Assembly (NCBI GenBank): GCA_016713425.1
Contig: JADJPE010000005.1
Location: 3,901,532-3,965,531 of the forward strand
DNA from: Deltaproteobacteria bacterium
GTDB taxonomy: Bacteria > Myxococcota > Kuafuiibacteriia > Kuafuiibacteriales > Kuafuiibacteriaceae
Direction: 5' to 3'
DNA length: 64,000 nt
Made by a program: the position numbers and the translations under genes. A model generated the notes under the pieces. The model was not told the DNA's origin and did not search any database. It saw only the letters and a program-made list of their open reading frames with translations. This document shows, piece after piece, positions 8,601 to 17,330 of this stretch; the stretch's first letter is position 1; every line of letters starts with the position of its first letter.

Positions 8601-9979
8601 CGCGGCGATGTTGCGCCCATGAAGGGCTGCGCGGTTCGACGCCGGTCGCGGTGCCTCTCTTGGTACCCGCGGTGATGGCCTCGTTGATGGCCTTCGCTTC
8701 GGTTCTCCCGGCCTGCAAGGCTCGTGAGGTCGACTCGCCCTCAACGGCGGCTCCTGAGCGAGCACCGGTGGCCGAGTGTGTAGCACGTCGGGGTGAGGTT
8801 CGAACGCATCCGCCCAGTGAATGGGTGTGGGAGCCGGTCGAGGTTGGCGCGCGTCTATCGGCGGGCGATTGGGTCCGGACGGCGACGAGGTCGGAGGCGG
8901 TTTTCAGTTACCTCTCCGGGTCATCTTTGGTCGTCAAACCAAGCGCCATCGTGATTCTCAAAGACGCGAAGTTCGAGAAGAATCGCTCGATATTCGCGAA
9001 CTATCTCCTGATCCAAAAGGGCGTCGTGCGGGGCAAGCTCGAGGCGAAGATGGCGTCGGCATCGCCGTCCGTGTCGGCATCGCCCTCCGCGTTGGCATCG
9101 GTGCCGGCGGAGGCGGTCGTCGTCGATACGGGTGAAGGTGCCCACGTGCGGCTGACGGCGGCGGAAGCGCGATCGCTTCTCGGATATCGTCTTAGCGCAA
9201 GGCCCGATGGTGCGGTCGAAGTCGCCGTGACAGACGGCAAGGGGCGTCTGACGGCGGGCGATGGCCGGAGTCTCGACCTGAACCGAGGTCAGGCGCAGGA
9301 TCTCCGCGCGGGAACGTTCGTCGGGCGAGTCTTGGAGCTTCCTGCATCGCCCGCGCTCGAAGCGCCGCTCGACGAGGAAGCGGTCGAGGCGTCGCCGGGC
9401 GAGCCCCTGGTGCTTACGTGGGCGCGCGTCCCGGGGGCCGCGACCTATCGCGTCGAGGTTGCGCTCGACGCGTCGTTCGAGGCGATTGTCGAAGCCGCCG
9501 TGACCGCGAAACCGGTCTGGCATCATCCGGTGAGTGGACCGGGAGTTCTTTTTTGGCGCGTCGCGGCGCGCAGCAAAGACGAACGCGAGGGCGAGTTTGG
9601 TGTGGCCCGACGTGTGGTCGTTGAGCCGCCGGCCCCGCTCGTCGATCGACTGGTGACTCCGGTCGACGGCGCGACCGTCTCTTCGCCGGAGCGGCAGCCA
9701 CCCGTCACATTCACGTGGACGTCGGCCGGACCGAACAAGCAATATCGCGTGGTGGTTTCGGCCGGGGATGGACTCTCGACACCGGCTTCCGCCGCCTTGA
9801 GTGAGATCACCGACGGCCTACGGCTCACGACTCGAAGCCTTTCGCCGGGGCGCTACGTATGGGGCGTCTTCGCGCTCGGGGCGCGGGGGACCGAGCGACC
9901 GATGTTCGAGCGGCCTCGGCGCTTGACGATCAAGCGCTCACTTGGGATCGAGACACCGAGCAAGGTTACGTTCGAGTAG
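8597..9979 (+). CDS. FecR-domain protein with FN3-like repeats, signal peptide
   Basis: 'GDWVRTATRSEAVFSYLSGSSLVVKPSAIVIL' is a FecR signature. The ATG overlaps the upstream stop (ATGA, 8597-8600), implying translational coupling. Confidence 0.6.
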   Translation: MTRRCCAHEGLRGSTPVAVPLLVPAVMASLMAFASVLPACKAREVDSPSTAAPERAPVAECVARRGEVRTHPPSEWVWEPVEVGARLSAGDWVRTATRSEAVFSYLSGSSLVVKPSAIVILKDAKFEKNRSIFANYLLIQKGVVRGKLEAKMASASPSVSASPSALASVPAEAVVVDTGEGAHVRLTAAEARSLLGYRLSARPDGAVEVAVTDGKGRLTAGDGRSLDLNRGQAQDLRAGTFVGRVLELPASPALEAPLDEEAVEASPGEPLVLTWARVPGAATYRVEVALDASFEAIVEAAVTAKPVWHHPVSGPGVLFWRVAARSKDEREGEFGVARRVVVEPPAPLVDRLVTPVDGATVSSPERQPPVTFTWTSAGPNKQYRVVVSAGDGLSTPASAALSEITDGLRLTTRSLSPGRYVWGVFALGARGTERPMFERPRRLTIKRSLGIETPSKVTFE

Positions 9980-10058
9980 TGCGTGCGAGGTGCGTGGTGC
10001 GAGGTGCGTGATGCGTGATGCGTGGTGCGTGCGCATGCTTGCGACGGGGAGGCTTCGG

Positions 10059-10628
10059 ATGAATGGAACGAGCACCAGTGGCGTGCAATGCGCCCGACAG
10101 TTGATCTTGGCTTTGGCCTGGGGCACATCCGCTTTGGCGGCGGGGTGCGGCGACACTTCACTGGGGCCGCCTGAGATTACGGCCCTTCGACCTGAGCAGG
10201 GCTTCAACGATCGCGATACCCGGGTGACCGTTTCCGGCGTTTTTCAGATAGCGCTCACGCACGTCGACTACCGCGACGCTGCGAAGACGACGGTGGAACC
10301 GGGCGTCGTGCTTCGCCTCGGGGCGCTCGAGCTCGAGGACTTGGAGATCGTTGGCGAGGGCGAGATTCGAGCTACGGTACCGCCGGGTCTCGAGGCCGAC
10401 GAGCGCTATATGCTCAGCTTGTCCGATGCCTCCGGACGGGAGGCCCAAAGGGCGAACGCCTTTCTTGCCGTTGCGCCCCCACGGTGCGGCGATGGGCGCG
10501 TCGTCGCCGGATCGGAGGAGTGTGACGACGGTGGGACGACCGACGGGGATGGCTGTTCCGCGCTCTGTGTCCAGGAATCGGGCTGGCTTTGCGTGGGGAG
10601 TCCGTCGACCTGCCAGCGCCAGGAATAG
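10059..10628 (+). CDS. Lipoprotein with IPT/TIG-like domain and a C-terminal Myxococcus-type cysteine-rich repeat
   Basis: Lipobox 'LAAGC' and an RBS GGGGAGG 8 nt upstream of the ATG. C-terminus 'CGDGRVVAGSEECDDGGTTDGDGCSALC' matches the myxobacterial Cys-rich repeat. Confidence 0.6.
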   Translation: MNGTSTSGVQCARQLILALAWGTSALAAGCGDTSLGPPEITALRPEQGFNDRDTRVTVSGVFQIALTHVDYRDAAKTTVEPGVVLRLGALELEDLEIVGEGEIRATVPPGLEADERYMLSLSDASGREAQRANAFLAVAPPRCGDGRVVAGSEECDDGGTTDGDGCSALCVQESGWLCVGSPSTCQRQE

Positions 10629-10638
10629 GAATCCATTC

Positions 10639-12390
10639 ATGTTTCGTATTCGACGCATCTATGACGATCAGCTTCCGGCGAGCCAGGCCGCCATCGAAGG
10701 CGCAAAAGAGATCATGAGACAGCGGTTCGTGGCGATGTCTCCGGACGAGGTCGAGGCCGTCTTCGCTTCGGTTCTCAATCCGTTTCTGAAGCATCTTCAG
10801 GGTGTTCTGTTCGTTGCCGAAGACGAAAAGAAGAGGATGCTCGGCTTTGCCGTCGTCCTGCGTGATCGAACGCTTCAGCTTGCGTATCTCGAATTCATCG
10901 CGGCGGGTCAGGCTTTGAGCAGTCAAGGCATTGGCGGTGCTTTGTACGAGACGGTTCGTGAGGATGCGCGCGTCTTCGGTGCGAAGGGCTTGTTCTTCGA
11001 GTGCTTGCCGGACGAACCCTCGCTTTGCTCTGACGAAGCGTTGATCAAGGAGAACCGAGCACGGCTCCGGTTCTATGAGAAATACGGTGCGCGTCCGATC
11101 GTCGGCACGAAGTACGAGGCGCCCGTACGGCCGACCGATACGTGTCCACCTCATCTCGTCTACGACGCCCTCGATTCGGAAGAACCGCTTCGACGATCCT
11201 ATGCGCAGAAGGTCGTGCGCGCGGTCCTCGAGCGCAAATACAAGGCGCTGTGCCCACCTGAGTACGTCGAGATGGTCGTTGCGTCATTCAAGAGCGACCC
11301 GGTTCCTTTGCGGCCGTTTCGATACGTCAAGAGCGGAGACGTCAAGAACGACACGCCGCGTCCGAAGCCTTCCCGTCGTGTGCGTGAGCGTATTGCGCTC
11401 ACGGTGAATGCGAAGCACGAGATCCATCATGTCCGAGAGCGTGGGTATGTCGAGGCGCCCGTGCGAATCACGAGAATCGAAAAGGAGCTGATGGAGAGCG
11501 ACCTCTTCGAGCCGGTGAAGGTTCGAGCATTTGGGGATGAGCACATCTTCGCCGTTCATGAACGCGAGTTTGTCCGATATTTGGAGCGCACGTGCATGTC
11601 GCTCGAAGGTGATCGGTCACTTTATCCCTATGTCTTCCCGATTCGGAATGCGGCCCGGATGCCGAAGGATAAGACGGTGCTGGCCGGCTACTACTGCATC
11701 GACACCTTTACCCCGCTTCATCGCAACGCGTATCGCGCGGCGCGACGCGCTTCGAACTGTGCGCTGACCGCGGCGAACCAAATTATCGGGGGGCAGCGCC
11801 TTGCCTATGCGCTCGTTCGACCGCCGGGTCACCACGCGGAACGCCGAGCTTTTGGCGGCTTTTGCTACCTCAACCACAATGCCATCGCGGCGAATCTGTT
11901 GTCGGCTCACGGCAAGGTCGCGATCCTCGACGTCGACTACCATCACGGCAACGGTCAGCAGCAGATCTTCTATGAGCGGCGCGATGTGCTCACTGTGTCG
12001 CTGCATGGAGACCCATCGTTTGCGTATCCTTATTTCTCTGGGTTTAGCGACGAAGTAGGCGTGGGCGAAGGTGAAGGATTCAACTTGAACATTCCGCTTC
12101 CAGAGCGCCTCACCGGACGTGGACACCTCGAGCAGGTGAAGCGTGCTTTGACTCGGATCGCGGACTTTGGTCCAAGATTCTTGGTCGTCGCGCTTGGGCT
12201 CGATACGGCCCGCGGAGATCCGACCGGGTCGTGGTCGCTCGAGTCGGAGGATTTCGATGCGATGGGGGCAACGATCGGCGCGGCCGGTTGGCCCACGCTT
12301 GTGCTTCAGGAGGGCGGCTATCGAACGCGAACGTTGGGACGCAACGCGCGCCGGTTCTTCGAGGGCCTCTCCCGCGGATCCCGGCAGTGA
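10639..12390 (+). CDS. Bifunctional-architecture protein: N-terminal GNAT acetyltransferase domain fused to a C-terminal histone-deacetylase / acetoin-utilisation (AcuC) / acetylpolyamine-amidohydrolase superfamily domain
   Basis: GNAT motif A 'SSQGIGGALYE' and 'RFYEKYGA'. HDAC motifs 'RPPGHHA', 'GFCYLN', 'DVDYHHGNG' and 'LQEGGY'. AGGA RBS upstream. A single 584-aa ORF with no internal stop. Confidence 0.8.
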   Translation: MFRIRRIYDDQLPASQAAIEGAKEIMRQRFVAMSPDEVEAVFASVLNPFLKHLQGVLFVAEDEKKRMLGFAVVLRDRTLQLAYLEFIAAGQALSSQGIGGALYETVREDARVFGAKGLFFECLPDEPSLCSDEALIKENRARLRFYEKYGARPIVGTKYEAPVRPTDTCPPHLVYDALDSEEPLRRSYAQKVVRAVLERKYKALCPPEYVEMVVASFKSDPVPLRPFRYVKSGDVKNDTPRPKPSRRVRERIALTVNAKHEIHHVRERGYVEAPVRITRIEKELMESDLFEPVKVRAFGDEHIFAVHEREFVRYLERTCMSLEGDRSLYPYVFPIRNAARMPKDKTVLAGYYCIDTFTPLHRNAYRAARRASNCALTAANQIIGGQRLAYALVRPPGHHAERRAFGGFCYLNHNAIAANLLSAHGKVAILDVDYHHGNGQQQIFYERRDVLTVSLHGDPSFAYPYFSGFSDEVGVGEGEGFNLNIPLPERLTGRGHLEQVKRALTRIADFGPRFLVVALGLDTARGDPTGSWSLESEDFDAMGATIGAAGWPTLVLQEGGYRTRTLGRNARRFFEGLSRGSRQ

Positions 12391-12401
12391 TCCGTGAGCG
12401 T

Positions 12402-12441
12402 CGTTCGTGACGCGTGAATGCGTGAATGCGTGAATGCGTGA
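12402..12441. repeat. (GCGTGAAT)n tandem octamer, ~4 copies, in a convergent intergenic region
   Basis: cgtgaatgcgtgaatgcgtgaatgcgtgaacgcgtg. Read directly. Confidence 0.6.
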
Positions 12442-12504
12442 ACGCGTGCTGGGCGTGAACACGTGTGCTGGGCGTCGCGCCCTGCCCGAGCTTTCGCTGC
12501 CGGG

Positions 12505-13473
12505 TTACGATGAAGCGAGCTCTCTCAGTAGTCCGTAGCGAACGCCTCGATTGCTCGCGCGCATTGCGTCGAGCCCATAGTGGGCAAGCACTTCGAGCAT
12601 AATCAGAACGCCGCAGACGATGACGTCGGCTCGCCCCTCGGGAATGACGGTGCCGCGAACGCGCTCGGGGGTTGTCTTCTGTCGGAGGTCGTCGAAAACC
12701 TCCTGAATCGTGGCGAGCGCCAAGAGCCGACCTTCGCCTTGGGAGACGGCTTCCCTCATATCGTCGAGGCCCAGCGCGACGCCCATCACGGACATAACCG
12801 TGCCCGAAACGCCGATCAGCGTGGGACGGGGAGGGGCGACCGCGCTTCTCGTCCATGATGGGGCTTGTTCCAGGGCGGTTCCGATGGCTCGGCGCGCCTC
12901 GTCGAGCTCCTCGATGCGCGGCGGGTCGCTTCGAACGTAGCGCTCGGTGAGCCGAACGCTTCCGATCTCCATCGAGACGCGCGCCTCAATCCCGGCACCA
13001 GATCCCAGAATGAGTTCGGTGCTTCGGCCGCCGACGTCCAGTACCAAGAGCGCGCCTGGTCCGTAGGCCGCAACGGCGGCTTGAAACGAGAGCGCAGCCT
13101 CCCGAAGTCCATCGATGATCTCGATGCGGATGCCTGTTTCTCGCTCGACCCGCGCAAGGAACGAGGGGGCGTTGGACGCCCCTCGAAGTCCCGCGGTGCC
13201 GACACAGCCGATCTTTTCGACGCCGAGCGCGCGCGCCCGGTCCGCAAATTGCCGCAGCGCGACCAGCGTACGCTCGATCGCGGCGGGTTCCAGATGACCC
13301 GTGGCGTCGAGGCGCTGGCCGATGCGCGTAACGGCCGCGCACTCTTCGACGAGCAAGATTTCTTCTGTGCGTTCGTCGTATCTATCTGCACCTGACGCAG
13401 CGTGCGTGCGGTTCGTGTCGGCTATGGTAAGCTTGACCGTGTTCGATCCCAGATCGATCGCCGCGATGCGCAT
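12505..13473 (-). CDS. ppx: Exopolyphosphatase / guanosine pentaphosphate phosphohydrolase (Ppx/GppA family)
   Basis: N-terminus 'RIAAIDLGSNTVKL', and 'VGTAGLR'. Size and domain order are typical of Ppx/GppA. Confidence 0.8.
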   Translation of the reverse strand: MRIAAIDLGSNTVKLTIADTNRTHAASGADRYDERTEEILLVEECAAVTRIGQRLDATGHLEPAAIERTLVALRQFADRARALGVEKIGCVGTAGLRGASNAPSFLARVERETGIRIEIIDGLREAALSFQAAVAAYGPGALLVLDVGGRSTELILGSGAGIEARVSMEIGSVRLTERYVRSDPPRIEELDEARRAIGTALEQAPSWTRSAVAPPRPTLIGVSGTVMSVMGVALGLDDMREAVSQGEGRLLALATIQEVFDDLRQKTTPERVRGTVIPEGRADVIVCGVLIMLEVLAHYGLDAMRASNRGVRYGLLRELASS

Positions 13474-13510
13474 CGTTTTCTCCTCGCTGTAGCGGAGCGC
13501 CGGTTACGGC

Positions 13511-13545
13511 GTCGATGGTCGATGACCGATGACCGATGACCGATG
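13511..13545. repeat. (CGATGAC)n heptamer tandem repeat, ~4 copies, immediately 3' of the pal stop
   Basis: gtcgatggtcgatgaccgatgaccgatgaccgatgg. Read directly. Confidence 0.6.
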
Positions 13546-13547
13546 GC

Positions 13548-14348
13548 TCACTGGCGCTTGAGCTCGGCGCGTCGGTTTTTCTGATGGGCCTCTTCGGACA
13601 TGCCTAAATCGACTGGGCGCTCCTCGCCATAGGAGATCACAGCGACATGGCTCGGCTCAACACCGTGGGCGGTGAGATACTTCTTGACGCTCGTGGCTCG
13701 ACGCTCGCCGAGATGCAGGTTGTACTCGGTCGAGCCGCGTACATCGCAGTGACCTTCAACTTCGATTCGAGTCGCGGGCGCCTTCTGGAGCAGTGCCGCG
13801 ACATCCTCGAGCACCGCCTTGCTGTCCTCGCGAATCGAAGCGTCGTTGTAGTCGAAGTAGATGACGTTCTTGAGCGCCGACTCGATCGAGAGGTTCATCG
13901 ACGCATCGGTCGTCTCGGGTTGGGCGGGCTCGTCCGGGGTGGCCACCTTCGGCTCGTCGCAGCCGGGCGGCGACGCCAGCGCGGCTTGATCGGCAAGCGT
14001 CTCGGCCTCCATCGCCTTCGCTTTGGCTTCGTCGATCTTGCCGTCGGCGGCGAGCTTCTGGGCTTCGTTCAACGCGGTCTCCGCCGCCTTGTAAGTCGCC
14101 GTGGCGCAGTCGGAGGCCTTCTGGGCGCTCGCCTTGTCCATCGCCTTGCGCGCCGCATCCAGCTCGAGGTCGGCTGTGTTCTTGCTGCATCCCGTGAGGC
14201 TCGTGCACACCATGACTGCGAGGAGGAGGGCCGCTCTCGGGCGCGCAGCGAAGGAGCGCGCAGCGAAGGAGAATGAGCCCGCGATGGGCCGCCGGCCGAG
14301 CGCGTCTTGGGTTTCGGTTCGAATCGTGAAGATGCCGAATTTTCTCAT
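13548..14348 (-). CDS. pal: Peptidoglycan-associated lipoprotein (OmpA-C domain), Pal
   Basis: Lipobox 'LTGC'. C-terminal OmpA-like domain 'NLHLGERRATSVKKYLTAHGV...NRRAELK'. Last gene of the tol cluster. Confidence 0.75.
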   Translation of the reverse strand: MRKFGIFTIRTETQDALGRRPIAGSFSFAARSFAARPRAALLLAVMVCTSLTGCSKNTADLELDAARKAMDKASAQKASDCATATYKAAETALNEAQKLAADGKIDEAKAKAMEAETLADQAALASPPGCDEPKVATPDEPAQPETTDASMNLSIESALKNVIYFDYNDASIREDSKAVLEDVAALLQKAPATRIEVEGHCDVRGSTEYNLHLGERRATSVKKYLTAHGVEPSHVAVISYGEERPVDLGMSEEAHQKNRRAELKRQ

Positions 14349-14408
14349 ATGGAACCTGTTCTCTGCTCTCTGTGACCTATGATCTGTCATCCGGTCTTGT
14401 CCACGTTC

Positions 14409-15839
14409 CTAGGGCGTCAGAATGTAAGGCGACCATGCGGGCGTCGAGAAGGCCCCGGAACGGCCGATCCGCTTCGGGTTCGAGCCATCGACGGCCATGA
14501 TAAAGATGTGAGAATCACCGTTTCGTGTCGAGGTGAAAACGATGTGGTTCCCGTCGGGCGAGAAGCTCGGCTCCTCGTTGTTGCCTTGATCTTGCGTTAG
14601 ACGCCGGATCTCCTTCGTCGTGGGGTTGACCGTGAAGATGTCGAAAACATTGCGTTCATCGCGGGCCGTGAAAGCGATGAGATCGCCCTTGGGTGACCAA
14701 TCGGGGGTTTGATTGTAGGTCCCACGGTCGGTGACACGGCGAACATTGCTGCCGTCCGCGTTCATCACGAAGATGTGCGGGTCGCCGAAGCGGGCGCTTA
14801 CGAACGCGATCTGCCGACCATCGGGCGACCAGGATGGCGAGGAGTCGATGGCCCATTCCTTCGTGAGGCGCTTCAAATGACTTCCATTCGTTGCGACCGT
14901 GTAGATTTCGCTGTTTCCGTCGCGGGAGAGCGTGAGTGCGAGGCGATCCCCAGACGGGGCTTCCTGCCCACCGGTGTTCAGGCCCGTTTCGCCCAAGACC
15001 AGGCGCGGCTTTCCTCCGCCGACCGGGATCGCGTAGAGGTTGGGATTGTGTCGAATGTAGGACGTGAAGTAGATCTCGCGCCCGTTGCGGCTCCACGAGG
15101 GCAAGATGTTGATGGACCCATTGTTCGTAATCGCGCGTGCGTTTGACCCGTCCATGTCCATCACCCAGAGTTCGCGTCCCGTTCGGGTGCGTTTGACCGC
15201 GCAGATCTGAGTTCGAAAGATGCCTTTCGTTCCGGTAAGCTGGTAGACGACCTCATCGGCGAAGGCGTGAGCGAAGGCGCGCGCGTCTTCAGGGCGACCT
15301 TCGTAGGTCTTCTGAATGACCTGGCGCCCCGTTCCGACATCATAGAATCGCATGTCGGCCCGCAGGCTGTTGCTGGTCGCGGTCACGCCGGCTTGGACGA
15401 GCCCCTCGGCGCCCACGCTGACCCAGTCGCTCCACTTGATCGAGGCCGCCGCCAGGCCACCCTTCGTTGGATCGGCGAGGTAGCCCTTGGGATTCAGGAC
15501 CTTGAGGGCAGCGGCCACATCGAAGTCCCATCGGAGCACGCTGGTGATCTCACCGGCCGCCGCGGAAGGTGGACCACCACCCATATCGCGGGCGTCGGGA
15601 ACGGCCATCGGATATGCGCGAAAGTTGGGGCTACCGATCTCGATGACTGTGCGCGTGCCGCCCGGCGAAGAAGCAGAAGCAGAAGGAGAAGGCGAAGCAG
15701 AAGCGGAAGATGATGGTGACGAGGGCGAGGGCGAGGGCGAGGGACGGGCCCATCCGGTGGCGCCGGTCAGCGTGCTTGCGGCCAAACACGTCGAAAAACA
15801 TGTCCAAAGGGATATATTCCAAAGATTTTGCACCTTCAC
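14409..15839 (-). CDS. tolB: TolB periplasmic beta-propeller protein
   Basis: Repeated 'PSWSPDG..IAF', 'PDWSPKGDLIAF' and 'PSFSPDGNHIVF' blades. Signal peptide followed by a PS-rich linker. Confidence 0.85.
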   Translation of the reverse strand: MKVQNLWNISLWTCFSTCLAASTLTGATGWARPSPSPSPSSPSSSASASPSPSASASSPGGTRTVIEIGSPNFRAYPMAVPDARDMGGGPPSAAAGEITSVLRWDFDVAAALKVLNPKGYLADPTKGGLAAASIKWSDWVSVGAEGLVQAGVTATSNSLRADMRFYDVGTGRQVIQKTYEGRPEDARAFAHAFADEVVYQLTGTKGIFRTQICAVKRTRTGRELWVMDMDGSNARAITNNGSINILPSWSRNGREIYFTSYIRHNPNLYAIPVGGGKPRLVLGETGLNTGGQEAPSGDRLALTLSRDGNSEIYTVATNGSHLKRLTKEWAIDSSPSWSPDGRQIAFVSARFGDPHIFVMNADGSNVRRVTDRGTYNQTPDWSPKGDLIAFTARDERNVFDIFTVNPTTKEIRRLTQDQGNNEEPSFSPDGNHIVFTSTRNGDSHIFIMAVDGSNPKRIGRSGAFSTPAWSPYILTP

Positions 15840-16017
15840 CTCGTTCTTCTCAGGGCGCCTCGTTGGCTTCCCTGCACTACGTCCTGGAGACTGATGCGGT
15901 CAACCTTGCCCTCAGCCTCGCGCATTTCTCCGCCTTCCCACTCGAGCTTCCGTCGACGTTGTCGCTCCGCCGCCAGCACCGAGGCTTTCGCTTCGTGGGT
16001 GCTGGCCGGCGTGCTCG

Positions 16018-16806
16018 TCACGGTTTGAAGACAACTCCGATCCCAGTATCCCGCATATCGGCGGCCAAGTTTGGCGGTGGGGGCGGGAGCCTAATTCGTC
16101 CTAGCAGGGCCTCGAGCGCACCCATGAACAACGCATTCGGATGACGCCGGATGAACTCGAACCTCGAGATGGTTCCGTCGCGCTCGACGAAAAGGACGAC
16201 CTCGGCCTCGAGGAACCGCCGCTGCGAGGGCGGGATCAGATCTGGCACCGCGTAGTTCGCCTTCAGAACGCGCGAGACCTCGAGCGCGTAGCCGCTCGCA
16301 GGGTTGATGGCCTCGGTCGCGTTGCCCATCGGATCACCGTTCGGATCACCTTCGGGGTCGTCGAGATTCTGCATTGCTTGGTCGAGGTCCGGATCGGCCT
16401 GACCGGCCAACAACCTCTCGGCCGCCGATGAGAGCGTCGGTGCTCGCTCCGGTGGCCTCGGTTCGGGCTTCTTCGGTGGCTTCTTCGGGTCGTCCGGTGT
16501 CAGGTCGATCGTCTTGTCTGGAGCCTTGGGCGCAGGTGGCGGCGCGATTCGTCGGGGCAGGAGCTTGGGGTCGCGCTTCTTCCCGAGCCGCACGAGCTGA
16601 ACCGGGATCGAGGTCACGACCTTTGCCCCTCGGTCGGCGTACTTCTGGGCGTACACGGCGCCGCCAATCCCCCCGGCGTGGACCAGGATCGACAGGGCCA
16701 CTGCCCAGATAAACCCGCGGTTTGCGCGACTCTGCCGTTGTCTTGCCGTTTCCATCGCGTTTGTGACCTGGCGACTTGCCTGCCTGGCGAAGAGATGGAC
16801 GATCAA
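16018..16806 (-). CDS. tolA: TolA/TonB-family energy-transducer: N-terminal TM anchor, Pro/Lys-rich spacer, TonB_C-like C-terminus
   Basis: Position between tolR and tolB. 'PPPAPKAPDK...KKPPKKPEPRPPE' spacer. Start may be M18 (16755). Confidence 0.55.
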   Translation of the reverse strand: MIVHLFARQASRQVTNAMETARQRQSRANRGFIWAVALSILVHAGGIGGAVYAQKYADRGAKVVTSIPVQLVRLGKKRDPKLLPRRIAPPPAPKAPDKTIDLTPDDPKKPPKKPEPRPPERAPTLSSAAERLLAGQADPDLDQAMQNLDDPEGDPNGDPMGNATEAINPASGYALEVSRVLKANYAVPDLIPPSQRRFLEAEVVLFVERDGTISRFEFIRRHPNALFMGALEALLGRIRLPPPPPNLAADMRDTGIGVVFKP

Positions 16807-17285
16807 TGACCAGAATTGTTCTGATCGAGTGGGTCGGTCACCATGCCGAGTTTCTCCACACCTGCATTCTTGACCGTGGACATGACATCGACCACGAAAC
16901 CGTACTCGAGATGGCGGTCGGCGTGGAGGAATAACTCTTTCTCTTGCTGAAGTTTCTCGTTGTTCTTCAACTTGGTCTCGAGTTCTTCGTACGGGATCGG
17001 ATTGTCTGCGTTGGTGCCGATGAAGATCTTCTTATCCTTCGTCAGCGTGAGCACGAGCTTCTTTTCCGTGCCTTCTAAAGAGCCCGCTTTGGTCTTCGGC
17101 AGGTCGACGTCAACGCCCTGTGAGATGAGGGGTGCTGTCACCATGAAGATAATGAGGAGCACCAGCATCACGTCGACGAGCGGCGTGACGTTGATGTCGC
17201 TGACCGGCCGGCCAGATCCGCCGCTGCCCGACATGCCCATATGCGCGCTCTTTAGCACAAGATCCCCTCGACGTGCTGCGTCCAA
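16803..17285 (-). CDS. tolR: TolR/ExbD biopolymer transport protein
   Basis: 'INVTPLVDVMLVLLIIF' is an ExbD/TolR signature. Confidence 0.8.
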   Translation of the reverse strand: MDAARRGDLVLKSAHMGMSGSGGSGRPVSDINVTPLVDVMLVLLIIFMVTAPLISQGVDVDLPKTKAGSLEGTEKKLVLTLTKDKKIFIGTNADNPIPYEELETKLKNNEKLQQEKELFLHADRHLEYGFVVDVMSTVKNAGVEKLGMVTDPLDQNNSGH

Positions 17286-17330
17286 AAATGTTGCTTGCCC
17301 GATCGGCCGGACCTACGTAGAGGGGCGGCC

